A stretch of 64,000 nt of DNA from positions 2,027 to 66,026 of the forward strand of contig JAJEEM010000044.1 in the NCBI GenBank assembly GCA_022820995.1, in the 5' to 3' direction. Made by a program: the position numbers and the translations under genes. The stretch comes from Gemmatimonadota bacterium. GTDB lineage: Bacteria > Gemmatimonadota > Gemmatimonadetes > Palauibacterales > Palauibacteraceae. This document shows, in pieces, positions 17,562-27,648 of this stretch. A model generated the notes under the pieces. That model was not told the DNA's origin. It ran no database searches and saw nothing but the letters and a program-made list of their open reading frames with translations. How positions within the stretch are numbered: the stretch's first letter is position 1; each line of letters begins with the position of its first letter.

Positions 17562-19004
17562 CTACTCCGCCAGGGCCGTCCGGCCGCCGCCCTTCGCCTT
17601 CGCAGCCAGCTTGCCGAAGGGTCCGCTGATCGCCCACGCCGCGCCCACGACGATGAGCGCGAGCGCGCCCCAGCGCATGAGGGCGGCGGCCAGCGCTCCG
17701 TCGAAGGCGGGCCACGCAAATCGGTAGGCCAGCAGGTCGGAGCCCCGGTCCGTCATCCAGTGCCAGCCCGTGTGCGCCAGCAGCGCCGACCCGATGATCG
17801 TCCCCATCCGCTCCGCCACGACCTTCCGGAACACCACCTCGACCACCGGAACGGCGACCGCGACCACGACGAGCTGTCCCAGTTCCACGCCGACGTTGAA
17901 CGCGAGCAGGGACGTGAGCAGATGCCCGCCCGCGAACTGCAGCGACTCGCTGAGCGCGAACGAAAAGCCGAACCCGTGCACGAGCCCGAATCCGAACGCG
18001 AGCAGCCAGCGTTTTCGAGGTTTCGCGCCGACGATGTTCTCGAGCGCCATGTAGACGATCGAGAGCGCGATGAGGGTTTCGATCAGCGGCGGGAACCAGA
18101 GGGCGCGCGGCGCGATGCCGAAGGCGGAGGCGATGAGCGTGATCGAGTGCGCGATCGTGAAGGAGGTGATGACGGGGATCAGACCCCACAGCGTCCGCAG
18201 CGGGATGACGAGACAGAGGAGGAAGAGGAGGTGGTCGATCCCGTCGAGGATGTGCGTGAAGCCGAGCGACACGAAGCGCAGCGCCGCCTGGTGCCAGCGG
18301 GGGTCGAGCCGCACGAGCCCCGGGTCGCCGACGTACTGGAAGACGCGCTCCGGCCGGTCCGGCGGCCGCAGGCGCAGCACCGTGACCGTGCGCAGGCCGA
18401 GGTGCGCGAAGCCCGGATCGATCGAGAAGCGGGACTCGTCCGACGCGATATCGTACTCCAGCAATACATCGAGCAGAGCCTGGCGCCACGGGAGCTGCAG
18501 CCCCGGGTCGAGCGGCGGGGCGTCGAAGTGCGCCAGCGCCGTCTCGTAGCTCGCGAAGGACCGGTCCGAGGGGAGCGAGACGCGGGTTGCGACGATGCGG
18601 GGCGCCTCCAGGCGCCGATCCTCCTCGTAGAACGTCACGTAGTCGGCGAGCCAGAGTTGCGCGGCGTCCCGGAGGAACGGGTCCGCCGCCTCCAGGTCCA
18701 GATACCCGAGTCCGTACCGGGGGAACTCGATGTCCCTCATCGCCTCGAGCGGCGCACGGACGAGGAAACGGAGACGGGATCCCTCCGGCGTGACGAAGGC
18801 CTGCACGGTGACGTCCGCCGGAATCTCGTGCGGCACGGCAGCGGTCGCCCCGGCCGCCCGATCCGACGCCGCCCGTTCAGGCACCTCCCGCTCGGGTGCC
18901 GCCCGTGCCGCGCCGGCCAGACTCGTCAGGCCGTAAAGCGCGAGAACGCACCCCATCAGGGGCGCCGTGCGCCGGGCGGGACGCCGTGTGTCACCTCGCT
19001 TCAT
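17562..19004 (-). CDS. Fusion of a novel periplasmic N-terminal domain with a HupE/UreJ-family membrane domain
   Basis: About 480 aa. The C-terminal roughly 230 aa has the HupE/UreJ-type motifs HILDGIDHLLF and FGFGLVHGFGF with multiple TM segments. The N-terminal roughly 250 aa has no recognisable family. Confidence 0.55.
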   Translation of the reverse strand: MKRGDTRRPARRTAPLMGCVLALYGLTSLAGAARAAPEREVPERAASDRAAGATAAVPHEIPADVTVQAFVTPEGSRLRFLVRAPLEAMRDIEFPRYGLGYLDLEAADPFLRDAAQLWLADYVTFYEEDRRLEAPRIVATRVSLPSDRSFASYETALAHFDAPPLDPGLQLPWRQALLDVLLEYDIASDESRFSIDPGFAHLGLRTVTVLRLRPPDRPERVFQYVGDPGLVRLDPRWHQAALRFVSLGFTHILDGIDHLLFLLCLVIPLRTLWGLIPVITSFTIAHSITLIASAFGIAPRALWFPPLIETLIALSIVYMALENIVGAKPRKRWLLAFGFGLVHGFGFSFALSESLQFAGGHLLTSLLAFNVGVELGQLVVVAVAVPVVEVVFRKVVAERMGTIIGSALLAHTGWHWMTDRGSDLLAYRFAWPAFDGALAAALMRWGALALIVVGAAWAISGPFGKLAAKAKGGGRTALAE

Positions 19005-19185
19005 CCGCGATTCCCGATGGGAAGAGCACTCCTGGTCCGCCCGCACGATGGCGCGGCCGGCCCGCGCCGTCGACCCCGGCCGGTCTCTGGACGAACGCGG
19101 ATGGCATCGGTAGCGTGAATCGATCCGGGACAAGCCGGGATCGGGCGAGTCGGCAGCGACTCAGGATCCGCAAGGAGAGACAGCC

Positions 19186-20382
19186 ATGAACGGAAAGCGG
19201 CGAACCCTCATCTTCGGTGTGGTCGCGGGTATCGCCCTCGCGCTCGCGTGCGGCCAGGCGGCCATGGACGACGGGGCTCAGGCCAGCGAGGGCCAGGGCG
19301 TCGAGGCGCCGATGTTCGAGGTGGATCCGTTCTGGCCGAAACCGCTGCCGGACCACTGGGTGCTCGGCTCGGCCATCGGCGTGGGTGTGGACTCGCGCGA
19401 CCACGTCTTCATCGTGCACCGCGGCAACCTCACCGAGCGCACCGAGGGCGGGGCCGACGCCGATCCGCCCATCGGCGAATGCTGCCGCGCCGCGCCGCCC
19501 GTGCTCGAGTTCGATCCGGACGGAAATCTCGTGAACGCCTGGGGAGGCCCCTCCGAGGACTACGTGTGGCCCGGCTCGAACCACGGGATCACCGTCGACC
19601 ACATGGACAACCTGTGGATCGGCGGGAACGGGCCGAACGACACGCACATCCTGAAGTTCTCCCGCGACGGCGAGTTCCTCGCCTCCTACGGCGAGCCGGA
19701 GGCGGGACCGGAACCCGACAGCCACAGCGAGACGCGCTTCAACCGCGTGGCCAAGCTCGCCTTCGACGCCTCGGCCAACGAGGCCTACCTCGCGGACGGC
19801 TACGGGGGACGCAGGGTCGCGGTGCTCGACGCATCGACCGGCGCCTTCAAGCGCTACTGGGGCGCCTACGGGAATGCGCCCGACGACACGCGGACGCCGC
19901 CCTACGACCCCGACGCGCCGCTCATCCAGCAGTTCCGCACGCCGGTGCACTGTGCCGAGCCTTCGCTCGACGGCCTCGTCTACGTGTGCGACCGCCCCAA
20001 CGACCGCATCCAGGTCTTCCAGACGGACGGCACGTACGTGGACGAGGTGCGGATCGCGCCGCGCACGCTCGGCGACGGGTCGACGTGGGACATCGCCTTC
20101 TCGCGCGACGCGGACCAGAAGTACATGTACGTCGCCGACGGGAAGAACATGCGGGTCTACATCATGGACCGCGCCTCGCTCGAGATCCTGACCAGCTTCG
20201 GGGACGGGGGCCGTCAGCCGGGCCAGTTCTTCGCCGTCCACAGCATCGCGACGGACTCGAACGGCAACATCTACACGACCGAAACCTACGAGGGGAAGCG
20301 CGTCCAGAAGTTCGTGTACATGGGCCTGGGCCCGGTACCGGCCGAGCACCAGGGACCGCCCTGGCCGCGCGGCGACCAGTAA
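19186..20382 (+). CDS. Lipoprotein NHL-repeat protein, paralog 1
   Basis: 398 aa. It has a lipobox (LALACGQ), a GECCRAAPPVLEFDPDGNLV motif and NHL blades. Confidence 0.7.
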   Translation: MNGKRRTLIFGVVAGIALALACGQAAMDDGAQASEGQGVEAPMFEVDPFWPKPLPDHWVLGSAIGVGVDSRDHVFIVHRGNLTERTEGGADADPPIGECCRAAPPVLEFDPDGNLVNAWGGPSEDYVWPGSNHGITVDHMDNLWIGGNGPNDTHILKFSRDGEFLASYGEPEAGPEPDSHSETRFNRVAKLAFDASANEAYLADGYGGRRVAVLDASTGAFKRYWGAYGNAPDDTRTPPYDPDAPLIQQFRTPVHCAEPSLDGLVYVCDRPNDRIQVFQTDGTYVDEVRIAPRTLGDGSTWDIAFSRDADQKYMYVADGKNMRVYIMDRASLEILTSFGDGGRQPGQFFAVHSIATDSNGNIYTTETYEGKRVQKFVYMGLGPVPAEHQGPPWPRGDQ

Positions 20383-20410
20383 ACCGTCCGACCGGCGAGG
20401 AGGTGCAGCC

Positions 20411-21604
20411 ATGAACGGGAAACGGCGAACCCTCATCGGCGGTGTGACGGCCGGCGTGGTCATCGCCCTCGCCTGCGGGCAGGCGGCGATGGACGACGCG
20501 GGCTCGGCCGACGCGACGGGCTCGGGCGTCGAGGCGCCGATGTTCGAGGTGGACCCCTTCTGGCCCAAACCACTGCCGGAGCACTGGCTGCTCGGCTCCA
20601 CCGTCGGGGTCGGCGTGGACTCCCGCGACCACGTGTTCATCATCCATCGCCGCGCCTCGATCAACCCCGGAACGGAACTGGGGCTCGACGCGGATCCGCC
20701 GACCAGCGAGTGCTGCCGGGCGGCCCCGGAGGTGCTCGAGTTCGATCCCGAGGGGAATCTCGTGAACTCGTGGGGAGGCCCGTCCGACGCCTACGTGTGG
20801 CCCGAGTCGAACCACGGGATCACGGTCGACCACATGGACAACGTGTGGATCGGCGGCAACGGGGCGAGCGACTCGCACGTCCTCAAGTTCTCGCGCGACG
20901 GCGAATTCCTCGCGTCGTACGGACAGCCCGCCCTGGGGCAGGACCCGGACAGCCACAGCGAGACCCGCTACAACCGCCCGGCGAAGGTCGCCTTCGACGC
21001 CGAGGCCAACGAAGCCTACGTCGCGGATGGCTACGGCGGCCGCCGCGTGGCGGTGCTCGACGCGTCGACGGGCGAATTCAAGCGCTACTGGGGCGCCTAC
21101 GGAAACGCGCCGGACGACACGCCGCCGCCGCCCTACGATCCGGATGCGCCGCCGTTCCAGCAGTTCCGCACGCCCGTCCACTGCGCCGACCCCTCGCTGG
21201 ACGGTCTGGTCTACGTCTGCGACCGCGCCGGCGACCGGATCCAGGTCTTCCAGCGGGACGGGACGTACGTGGATGAGATGATGATTGCGCCGCGCACGCT
21301 GGGCGCGGGCTCGACGTGGGACATCGCCTTCTCGCGCGATGCGGACCAGAAGTACATGTACGTCGCCGATGGATCGAACCACCGGGTCTACGTCGTGGAC
21401 CGCGCCTCGCTCGAGGTGCTGACGACGTTCGGCGATGGCGGCCGGCAGCCGGGCCAGTTCATCGGCGTCCACAGCATCGCGACGGACTCGCAGGGCAACG
21501 TCTACACGACCGAGACGTACGACGGGAAGCGGCTCCAGAAGTTCGTCTACATGGGCATGGGCCGCGTACCGGCCGAACAGGGCCCCCTCTGGCCGGGCCG
21601 CTAG
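20411..21604 (+). CDS. Lipoprotein NHL-repeat protein, paralog 2 (tandem duplicate)
   Basis: 397 aa, collinear with paralog 1 and sharing the same N-terminus MNGKRRTLI. Confidence 0.7.
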   Translation: MNGKRRTLIGGVTAGVVIALACGQAAMDDAGSADATGSGVEAPMFEVDPFWPKPLPEHWLLGSTVGVGVDSRDHVFIIHRRASINPGTELGLDADPPTSECCRAAPEVLEFDPEGNLVNSWGGPSDAYVWPESNHGITVDHMDNVWIGGNGASDSHVLKFSRDGEFLASYGQPALGQDPDSHSETRYNRPAKVAFDAEANEAYVADGYGGRRVAVLDASTGEFKRYWGAYGNAPDDTPPPPYDPDAPPFQQFRTPVHCADPSLDGLVYVCDRAGDRIQVFQRDGTYVDEMMIAPRTLGAGSTWDIAFSRDADQKYMYVADGSNHRVYVVDRASLEVLTTFGDGGRQPGQFIGVHSIATDSQGNVYTTETYDGKRLQKFVYMGMGRVPAEQGPLWPGR

Positions 21605-21650
21605 GAGACCCGGAGCCGCCGGGAAACCCGGAGCCGCTAGGAGACCTGCA
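21596..21650. repeat. Short duplicated motif (CCGCTAGGAGACC x2, CCCGGAGCCGC x2) in the convergent intergenic region
   Basis: Read directly from the sequence. Both convergent genes terminate at the TAG embedded in the repeated unit. Confidence 0.3.
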
Positions 21651-24273
21651 GGCGCGCGTACAGGTAGCGGCCGTTGAATCCCATCGCCGAGAACGAGCGG
21701 TAGGGGAAGATCCCTCCGAATGCGTCCACCCGCGTCGGGAAGGCATCGAAGAGGTTCTCGCCGCCGACCGTGAGGCGCCACCTTTCCGCCAGATCGATGT
21801 GGACTCCCGCATCGAAGATGACCTTCGGTTCGAGGAGTCGGATCCTGTGGGGGTGCTCTCCGACGCCGAGCGCGCGCAGTTCCTCCTGCGCCCCGTAGAC
21901 GTTCGCCGCCAGGCCGAACTCGAACGCTCCGCTCGTGAACCCCGCCTGGAACCTGCCGCGCCAGTCCGGGCGTCCCTCCTCGAGGAAGAAGACGTCGAAC
22001 CCGTCGTAGATCCTGAACGATTCGTCCCGCAGCGCCTCGTTCTCCTTCGCGCAGGCCGCGATGTCGCCGTCGGGGCACCGCCCGCGCACCTGCCCCCAGT
22101 GCGCGGAGGCGCCGAACTCAAGGCGTGACGCGTCCCCGAGCCGCCACCCCCACGTGACCCCCGCGTCGATGCCGTACGACCGGAGGTCGACCGCGTTGGA
22201 GAAGAAGCGGATCGATTCCGCGGTGAAGTCCGCCAGCAGAAGCTCGAGGAGGCCGCTGGCGCCCGTCTCCAGCCGGTTGGAGAGGAGGACGGCGTCGTCG
22301 ACCTCCGTCGCATACCCGTCGACCGTGATGTGCAGATCGTCGGCTGGGGTGAGCGCAAACCCCGCGCCGACCGAGCGCGACCTCTCCCCCCGGAGGGGCG
22401 ACGCGCCGACGGCCCGGGCTTCCGGCGCGTCCACGGGGAACGTGCCCGCCTCGAACCCGCGAACGGCGCCCGCCCCGTCCGGGTCTTCGCGACGCCCCGC
22501 CGTCACGTGTCCGTAGTGGGACTGGCTCAACGAGGGCGGCCGGAATCCCGTGGACGCGCTCGCGCGGAAGACGGCGGCTCCGGAGAGCGCGAGGCGCAGC
22601 GCGAGCTTCCCGTTCAGCGTGCCGCCGACATCGCTGAAGCGTTCGTAGCGTCCCGTCGCGGAGACCAGGAGCCACCGTGCGAGCGGCGCGTCGGCGTCAC
22701 CGTGGAGGCTGACGCTCGACCGGTACCAGCCCCCGGACTCCTCCGGCCGGAAACCGGTGAAGCGTTGAGCGCCCGCCGCCGCGACGCCGCCGCTCTGGGT
22801 CGGGTGAAAGCCGTCGATCCGCGACGCGGGTTCTCCCGCCAGGATCCGGTAGCCATCGACGCGGAACGTCGCCCCGAGGCCGAGGCTCAACGGCCCCGCG
22901 CCGAATCCCGTCTCGATCCGACGCCCCACGTCCGCGTTCGCAAGGAACTGGTGGCTTTCGAGCGCGCCCGTGGAGAACCGGGTCCGGTTCGGAATCCCCG
23001 GGTCGTCCGCGGTGCCGGGAATCCCGTCCGCGCCGGGCGCGCACGCGGATTCCAGGCACGGTCCGAGCGACGGATTGAGCGTATCGAACAGGTCATTGTC
23101 GATCCGATTGGCGCCGTATTGCGCGTTCAGGTCCCAGCTCCAACCCCTCCTGGACCCATCCCCGGCCTCCGTCTCGGACCCGGCCCCCTGCCGATCCTCC
23201 ACGCCTCCCCGGAGGCCGGTGACGAGGGAAACGTCCCGCGTATCGGTGTCGAAGCTCGGCAGGAAGCCCAGCGGATGGATCCCGGGCCAGTTGCGGTCCT
23301 CCATCGCGCGCACGAAGACGCCCGAGTGCAGGTCCCGGCGCCGACTGTAACCGCCGAACGCGTAGAGTTCGGCGCCGCCGGAGTCGGCGCGCTGGGTCGT
23401 GAGGGGGAGTTCGAGGTTGGCGAACAACATGACGTTCGAGGACTCTCCGTCTCCCCACAGGTGGTTCGGCTGCGCCACCTCGTTGTGCTTGCGGATGACG
23501 AGGCCCCGGTCGACGAAGTCCGCGTCCCCCGGGAGGATCTGGTCGCGGCCATCGGCGCCCGCGCGGTTCACGGGTTCCCGCTGGCTGAAGGCGCCCGTGA
23601 GGTTCAGGACACCGGCGCGTCCGACCGCGAGTCCCCAGTTCCCGGAGAGGTCATAGCGGAGTCCGTCGTCATCCCATTCGTCCGGAAAGTGGTGGCCGAC
23701 GGAGGCGATGAACTCGGGCGCCGAGACGGTGTTTCGGAGGCGCACGTCGATGACCCCGGCGACCGCGTCGGAGCCGTGCCGCGTCGTGCCTCCGTCGCGC
23801 ATGATTTCCATGCGGTCGATCGCCTGAAGCGGGAAGGCGTTCATGTCCACGCCGCTCCCGCCCGGAAAGGCGCCGCCGCCCAGCGTGTGCACGACCGCCG
23901 TGGCGTGGCGGCGTTTCCCGTTCACGAGGACGAGCGTGTGGTCCGGCGAAAGTCCGCGCAGCTGAAAGGGTCGAACCCCCGACGTGAGATCGGCGAGCTG
24001 CCGGCGCGGGAAGTAGGCGGATGGCAGGAGTTCGCTGAGGACGGCAGCGAGTTCCGCCTGCCCGGTCTCGAGAATCTCCGCCCGCGAAAACAGTTCGCCG
24101 GACGCCGTCCTCCGCTCGTGAGCCGCCCGACCGAGAGTGTCCGGCGATGTGCGACCGGACGGGTCGGCCTGCGCCTCGGCGGCCCGGGGCGCGGCAGCCG
24201 AGTACGTCGCGGCGCCGGCGAGGAGCAGCGTGCCGAGCGCGAACCGCGCCGGTGAGATCCGCGTGTCGGTCAT
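21637..24273 (-). CDS. TonB-dependent outer-membrane receptor
   Basis: 878 aa with a signal peptide, a plug region (FPLQAIDRMEIMRDGGTTRHGSDAVAGVIDVRL) and a long barrel. The C-terminus is aromatic-rich (...YLYARLQVS). Confidence 0.8.
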   Translation of the reverse strand: MTDTRISPARFALGTLLLAGAATYSAAAPRAAEAQADPSGRTSPDTLGRAAHERRTASGELFSRAEILETGQAELAAVLSELLPSAYFPRRQLADLTSGVRPFQLRGLSPDHTLVLVNGKRRHATAVVHTLGGGAFPGGSGVDMNAFPLQAIDRMEIMRDGGTTRHGSDAVAGVIDVRLRNTVSAPEFIASVGHHFPDEWDDDGLRYDLSGNWGLAVGRAGVLNLTGAFSQREPVNRAGADGRDQILPGDADFVDRGLVIRKHNEVAQPNHLWGDGESSNVMLFANLELPLTTQRADSGGAELYAFGGYSRRRDLHSGVFVRAMEDRNWPGIHPLGFLPSFDTDTRDVSLVTGLRGGVEDRQGAGSETEAGDGSRRGWSWDLNAQYGANRIDNDLFDTLNPSLGPCLESACAPGADGIPGTADDPGIPNRTRFSTGALESHQFLANADVGRRIETGFGAGPLSLGLGATFRVDGYRILAGEPASRIDGFHPTQSGGVAAAGAQRFTGFRPEESGGWYRSSVSLHGDADAPLARWLLVSATGRYERFSDVGGTLNGKLALRLALSGAAVFRASASTGFRPPSLSQSHYGHVTAGRREDPDGAGAVRGFEAGTFPVDAPEARAVGASPLRGERSRSVGAGFALTPADDLHITVDGYATEVDDAVLLSNRLETGASGLLELLLADFTAESIRFFSNAVDLRSYGIDAGVTWGWRLGDASRLEFGASAHWGQVRGRCPDGDIAACAKENEALRDESFRIYDGFDVFFLEEGRPDWRGRFQAGFTSGAFEFGLAANVYGAQEELRALGVGEHPHRIRLLEPKVIFDAGVHIDLAERWRLTVGGENLFDAFPTRVDAFGGIFPYRSFSAMGFNGRYLYARLQVS

Positions 24274-24446
24274 CCCGCATCTTCACACGCGCTTGCGCCG
24301 AGCGCCAACGTGCGGCGCCGGACCCCCCGGTCGCCGCCGGACCCCGGCTGTCCCCGCCATCCAGCTTCCGCGCTGTACGGCGCGCGGATGGAGCGCAAGA
24401 TTCGGGGCTCGGCTGCACTGAACGACTTCCGAAGGATACGGCAACC

Positions 24447-27400
24447 GTGGCAGAATCCCGCACCGCCCGACCGACGACCCGAATCGCACGGACCCTGCTC
24501 GCGCTGGCGCTGCTCGGCACTTCCGCTTCCGCGGGCGCGCACGCCCAGCCCGTCGACGACGGATGGCTCGATCTCCTCGAATGGCGCTCGATCGGACCCA
24601 CCCGCGGCGGCCGCGTGCTCGGCGTGGCCGGCCACCCCACGGACGATCTCGTCTTCTACCAGGGCGTCGCCGGCGGCGGCGTCTGGAAGACCGGGGATGG
24701 CGGGGCGAACTGGCGGAACGTCTCCGACGGCTACTTCGGCACGGGCTCCGTCGGAGCCGTCGAGGTCAGCCCTTCCCACCCCGAAATCGTCTACGTCGGC
24801 ATGGGCGAGACGTGCATCCGCGGCAACGCCTCGCACGGCGACGGCGTCTACCGCTCCGATGACGGGGGCGCAAGCTGGCGGCACCTCGGGCTTGCGGAGA
24901 CGCTTCAGATCGCCCGCGTGCGCATACATCCGGGGAACCCCGACGTCGCCTGGGTGGCGGCGCTCGGCGACGCCTGGGGCGCGAGCGAGGCGCGCGGCGT
25001 CTACCGCACGCGCGACGGCGGCGCGACATGGGAGAAGGTCCTCTACCGGGACGAGAACTCCGGCGCGATCGATCTCGTGCTCGATCCCGCGAACCCCGAT
25101 GTCCTGTACGCGTCGCTGCTGGAATTGAGGCGCTTCCCCTGGGGCTTCCGCAGCGCGGGCCCCGGCACCGGACTCTTCAAGAGCACGGACGGCGGCGACA
25201 CGTGGACCGAGTTGACGGACAATCCCGGCCTCCCGTCCGGCCTCAAGGGACGGATCGGGATCACCATCTCGCCACGGAACTCAAATCGTCTGTGGGCGAT
25301 CGTCGACGCGGCGCGCGGAGCGAAGGGGATCTTTCGCTCCGACGACGCGGGAGAGACGTGGACGCGCGTGAACGAAGACGCCAACCTCCTCCAGCGCCCG
25401 TGGTACTACCACCACATCGTCGCGGACCCCGGCGACGAGAACACGGTCTTCGTCCTCAACGTCCTCCTCTGGAAGTCGACGGACGGCGGCGAGACCTTCG
25501 AGCGCGTCTTCACGCCGCACCCGGATCACCACGACCTGTGGATCGATCCCGCGAATCCCCGGCGGATGGTCAACGGGAGCGACGGCGGCGCCGCGGTAAG
25601 CTTCGACGGCGGCCTCTCGTGGTCGAGTCTTCTCAACCAGGCGACGGCGCAGATGTACCACGTGACCGCCGACCACCAGACGCCGTACCGGCTCTACGCT
25701 TCACAGCAGGACAACACGTCGATCTCCGTCCCCGTCCGCTCCGACTTCGGCCGCATCAGCATCGAGGACTGGTACACCGTGGGCGGAGGCGAAGACGGTT
25801 ACATCGCGGTGAACACCGAGGACCCGAACATCGTCTACGCGGGGGATCATCACTGGGTGTACCGCTACGACCACCGCAACCGGCAAGTGCGCGACATCTC
25901 CCCGAACCCCGAGACGCACTACGGCTGGGGTTCGGCGGACATCAACTACCGGTTCTGGTGGACGTATCCGGTGATGACGTCGCCCCACGACCCGGACATC
26001 CTCTACGTCACCTCGCAGCACGTCCACCGGACGACGGACGAGGGTCACAGCTGGGAGGTCATCAGCCCCGACCTCACGCGCGCCGACCCGCGGACGCTGG
26101 AGCCGACGCCGGCGTACGAAGATGAGGAGACGGGAGAATACTGGGGGCCGATCACGCGGGAGGCGTACGGTCCCGAATGGTACGCGACCATCTTCGCGTT
26201 CGCCGAGTCGCCGCTCGATCCGGGGCTCCTGTGGGCGGGATCGGATGACGGGTACATCCACGTGTCGCGCGACGGCGGCGCGAACTGGGAGAACGTGACG
26301 ATCCCGGGGCTGCCCGAGTTCGCGCTCATCTCCATCCTCGAGCCATCGCTCCACGATCCCGCGACCGCCTATGTCGCCGCAACGCGGTACAAGCTCTCGG
26401 ACCATGCTCCGTATCTGTACCGGACCACGGACTACGGGGAGACGTGGACCCGGATCACGGCCGGGATCCCGGACGACGACTTCACGCGCGTCATCCGGGA
26501 GGATCCGGGCCGGGCCGGGCTCCTGTACGCCGGCACCGAACGCACCGTCCATGTCTCGTTCGACGCCGGGGACTCCTGGCAGCCGCTGAGCCTCAACCTC
26601 CCGGTCGTCCCCATCCACGACCTCGTGCTCCGGGACGGGGACCTCGCGGCGGCCACGCACGGGCGCTCGTTCTGGGTCCTGGACAACGTGGACCTGCTCC
26701 ACCAGCTCGCGGCCGGCGAAGGGGCGAGCGAGCCGAGGCTCTTCCGTCCGCCCACCACGACCCGCTTCAACCCGGGCGCCTCGCCCGCCGCCCTGTTCTC
26801 GACCATGGGCCGGCCGGGCGCGGGGGATCCGGCCGGGGCGAATCCGCCGGACGGGGTCGTGATCCCGTACTACCTCCCCGAGGCCGCGCCGGGCGGGATC
26901 ACGCTGCGGATCCGTGAAGGCGAGGCGCTGATCCGCGAATTCTCCAGCGAGACGGCCTCGGAGCCGACCGGGGCGGGCTTCTTCGGCTTCGGCGGCGGCG
27001 GCGCGACGCTCTCCGCCGACGCCGGCGCGCACACGTTCGTGTGGGACCTGCGCGTGGAGCCGGCCGACGTGCTCGACGGCGCCGTCTTCCAGGGGAGCGC
27101 CCAGGGCCCTCGCGTGCCGCCCGGCGACTACACGGTCGAGCTGGATCTGGGCGAGCGGACCCTCTCGCAGCCCTTCACGGTCGTACGCGATCCGAGGGTG
27201 GACGTGACGGACGAGGAACTGCGCGCACAGTTCGAGTTCCTCCTTGAAGCGAGGGATCGCCTGACCGAGACGATGGAGCTGGTGGCGAGGATCCGGGACC
27301 TGCGGACCCGGGCCGAGCAGGCCGTGGAACGCGGCGGGGGAGGGGACCGTCTGCAGGCCGCGCTCTCGGACCTGAACGGCGAGCTCTACCCCGTCGAGGA

Positions 27401-27632
27401 GCGCCTCGTGCAGTACCGGGCTCGCGCCGGTCAGGACCTGATCGCGAACCCGACGGGCATCGACAGCAAGCTGGCCCGGCTCATGGGGTTCGCCTCGATG
27501 GGAGACGGCCCGCCCACGCAGGGACAGATCGACCTTCTGACCCGCCTGGGGGTCGGAATCGAGGAGCGGGCCGCGGCGGTGGACGAAATCGAGCGAACGA
27601 CGTGGGCGGAACTCGTGAGACTCGTCCCCTGA
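24447..27632 (+). CDS. Secreted BNR/Asp-box repeat protein (sortilin/GH74-like double propeller)
   Basis: About 1061 aa. The GTG start gives a signal peptide (...SASAGAHAQP). It has 10 or more S/T-x-D-G-G-x-T/S-W motifs. Confidence 0.7.
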   Translation: MAESRTARPTTRIARTLLALALLGTSASAGAHAQPVDDGWLDLLEWRSIGPTRGGRVLGVAGHPTDDLVFYQGVAGGGVWKTGDGGANWRNVSDGYFGTGSVGAVEVSPSHPEIVYVGMGETCIRGNASHGDGVYRSDDGGASWRHLGLAETLQIARVRIHPGNPDVAWVAALGDAWGASEARGVYRTRDGGATWEKVLYRDENSGAIDLVLDPANPDVLYASLLELRRFPWGFRSAGPGTGLFKSTDGGDTWTELTDNPGLPSGLKGRIGITISPRNSNRLWAIVDAARGAKGIFRSDDAGETWTRVNEDANLLQRPWYYHHIVADPGDENTVFVLNVLLWKSTDGGETFERVFTPHPDHHDLWIDPANPRRMVNGSDGGAAVSFDGGLSWSSLLNQATAQMYHVTADHQTPYRLYASQQDNTSISVPVRSDFGRISIEDWYTVGGGEDGYIAVNTEDPNIVYAGDHHWVYRYDHRNRQVRDISPNPETHYGWGSADINYRFWWTYPVMTSPHDPDILYVTSQHVHRTTDEGHSWEVISPDLTRADPRTLEPTPAYEDEETGEYWGPITREAYGPEWYATIFAFAESPLDPGLLWAGSDDGYIHVSRDGGANWENVTIPGLPEFALISILEPSLHDPATAYVAATRYKLSDHAPYLYRTTDYGETWTRITAGIPDDDFTRVIREDPGRAGLLYAGTERTVHVSFDAGDSWQPLSLNLPVVPIHDLVLRDGDLAAATHGRSFWVLDNVDLLHQLAAGEGASEPRLFRPPTTTRFNPGASPAALFSTMGRPGAGDPAGANPPDGVVIPYYLPEAAPGGITLRIREGEALIREFSSETASEPTGAGFFGFGGGGATLSADAGAHTFVWDLRVEPADVLDGAVFQGSAQGPRVPPGDYTVELDLGERTLSQPFTVVRDPRVDVTDEELRAQFEFLLEARDRLTETMELVARIRDLRTRAEQAVERGGGGDRLQAALSDLNGELYPVEERLVQYRARAGQDLIANPTGIDSKLARLMGFASMGDGPPTQGQIDLLTRLGVGIEERAAAVDEIERTTWAELVRLVP

Positions 27633-27648
27633 GCCGGGGCCCGTACCC

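Noticed and set aside
12366-17727. Long plus-strand ORFs (573 aa and 1274 aa) antisense to qhpA/qhpG and neighbours
   Set aside because: Same reasoning: no recognisable domains, biased composition, and full overlap with strongly supported minus-strand genes.
24147-24446. N-terminal extension of the BNR-repeat ORF and the overlapping 323-aa minus ORF
   Set aside because: A signal peptide appears only after the GTG at 24447. The upstream part overlaps the end of the TonB receptor gene.
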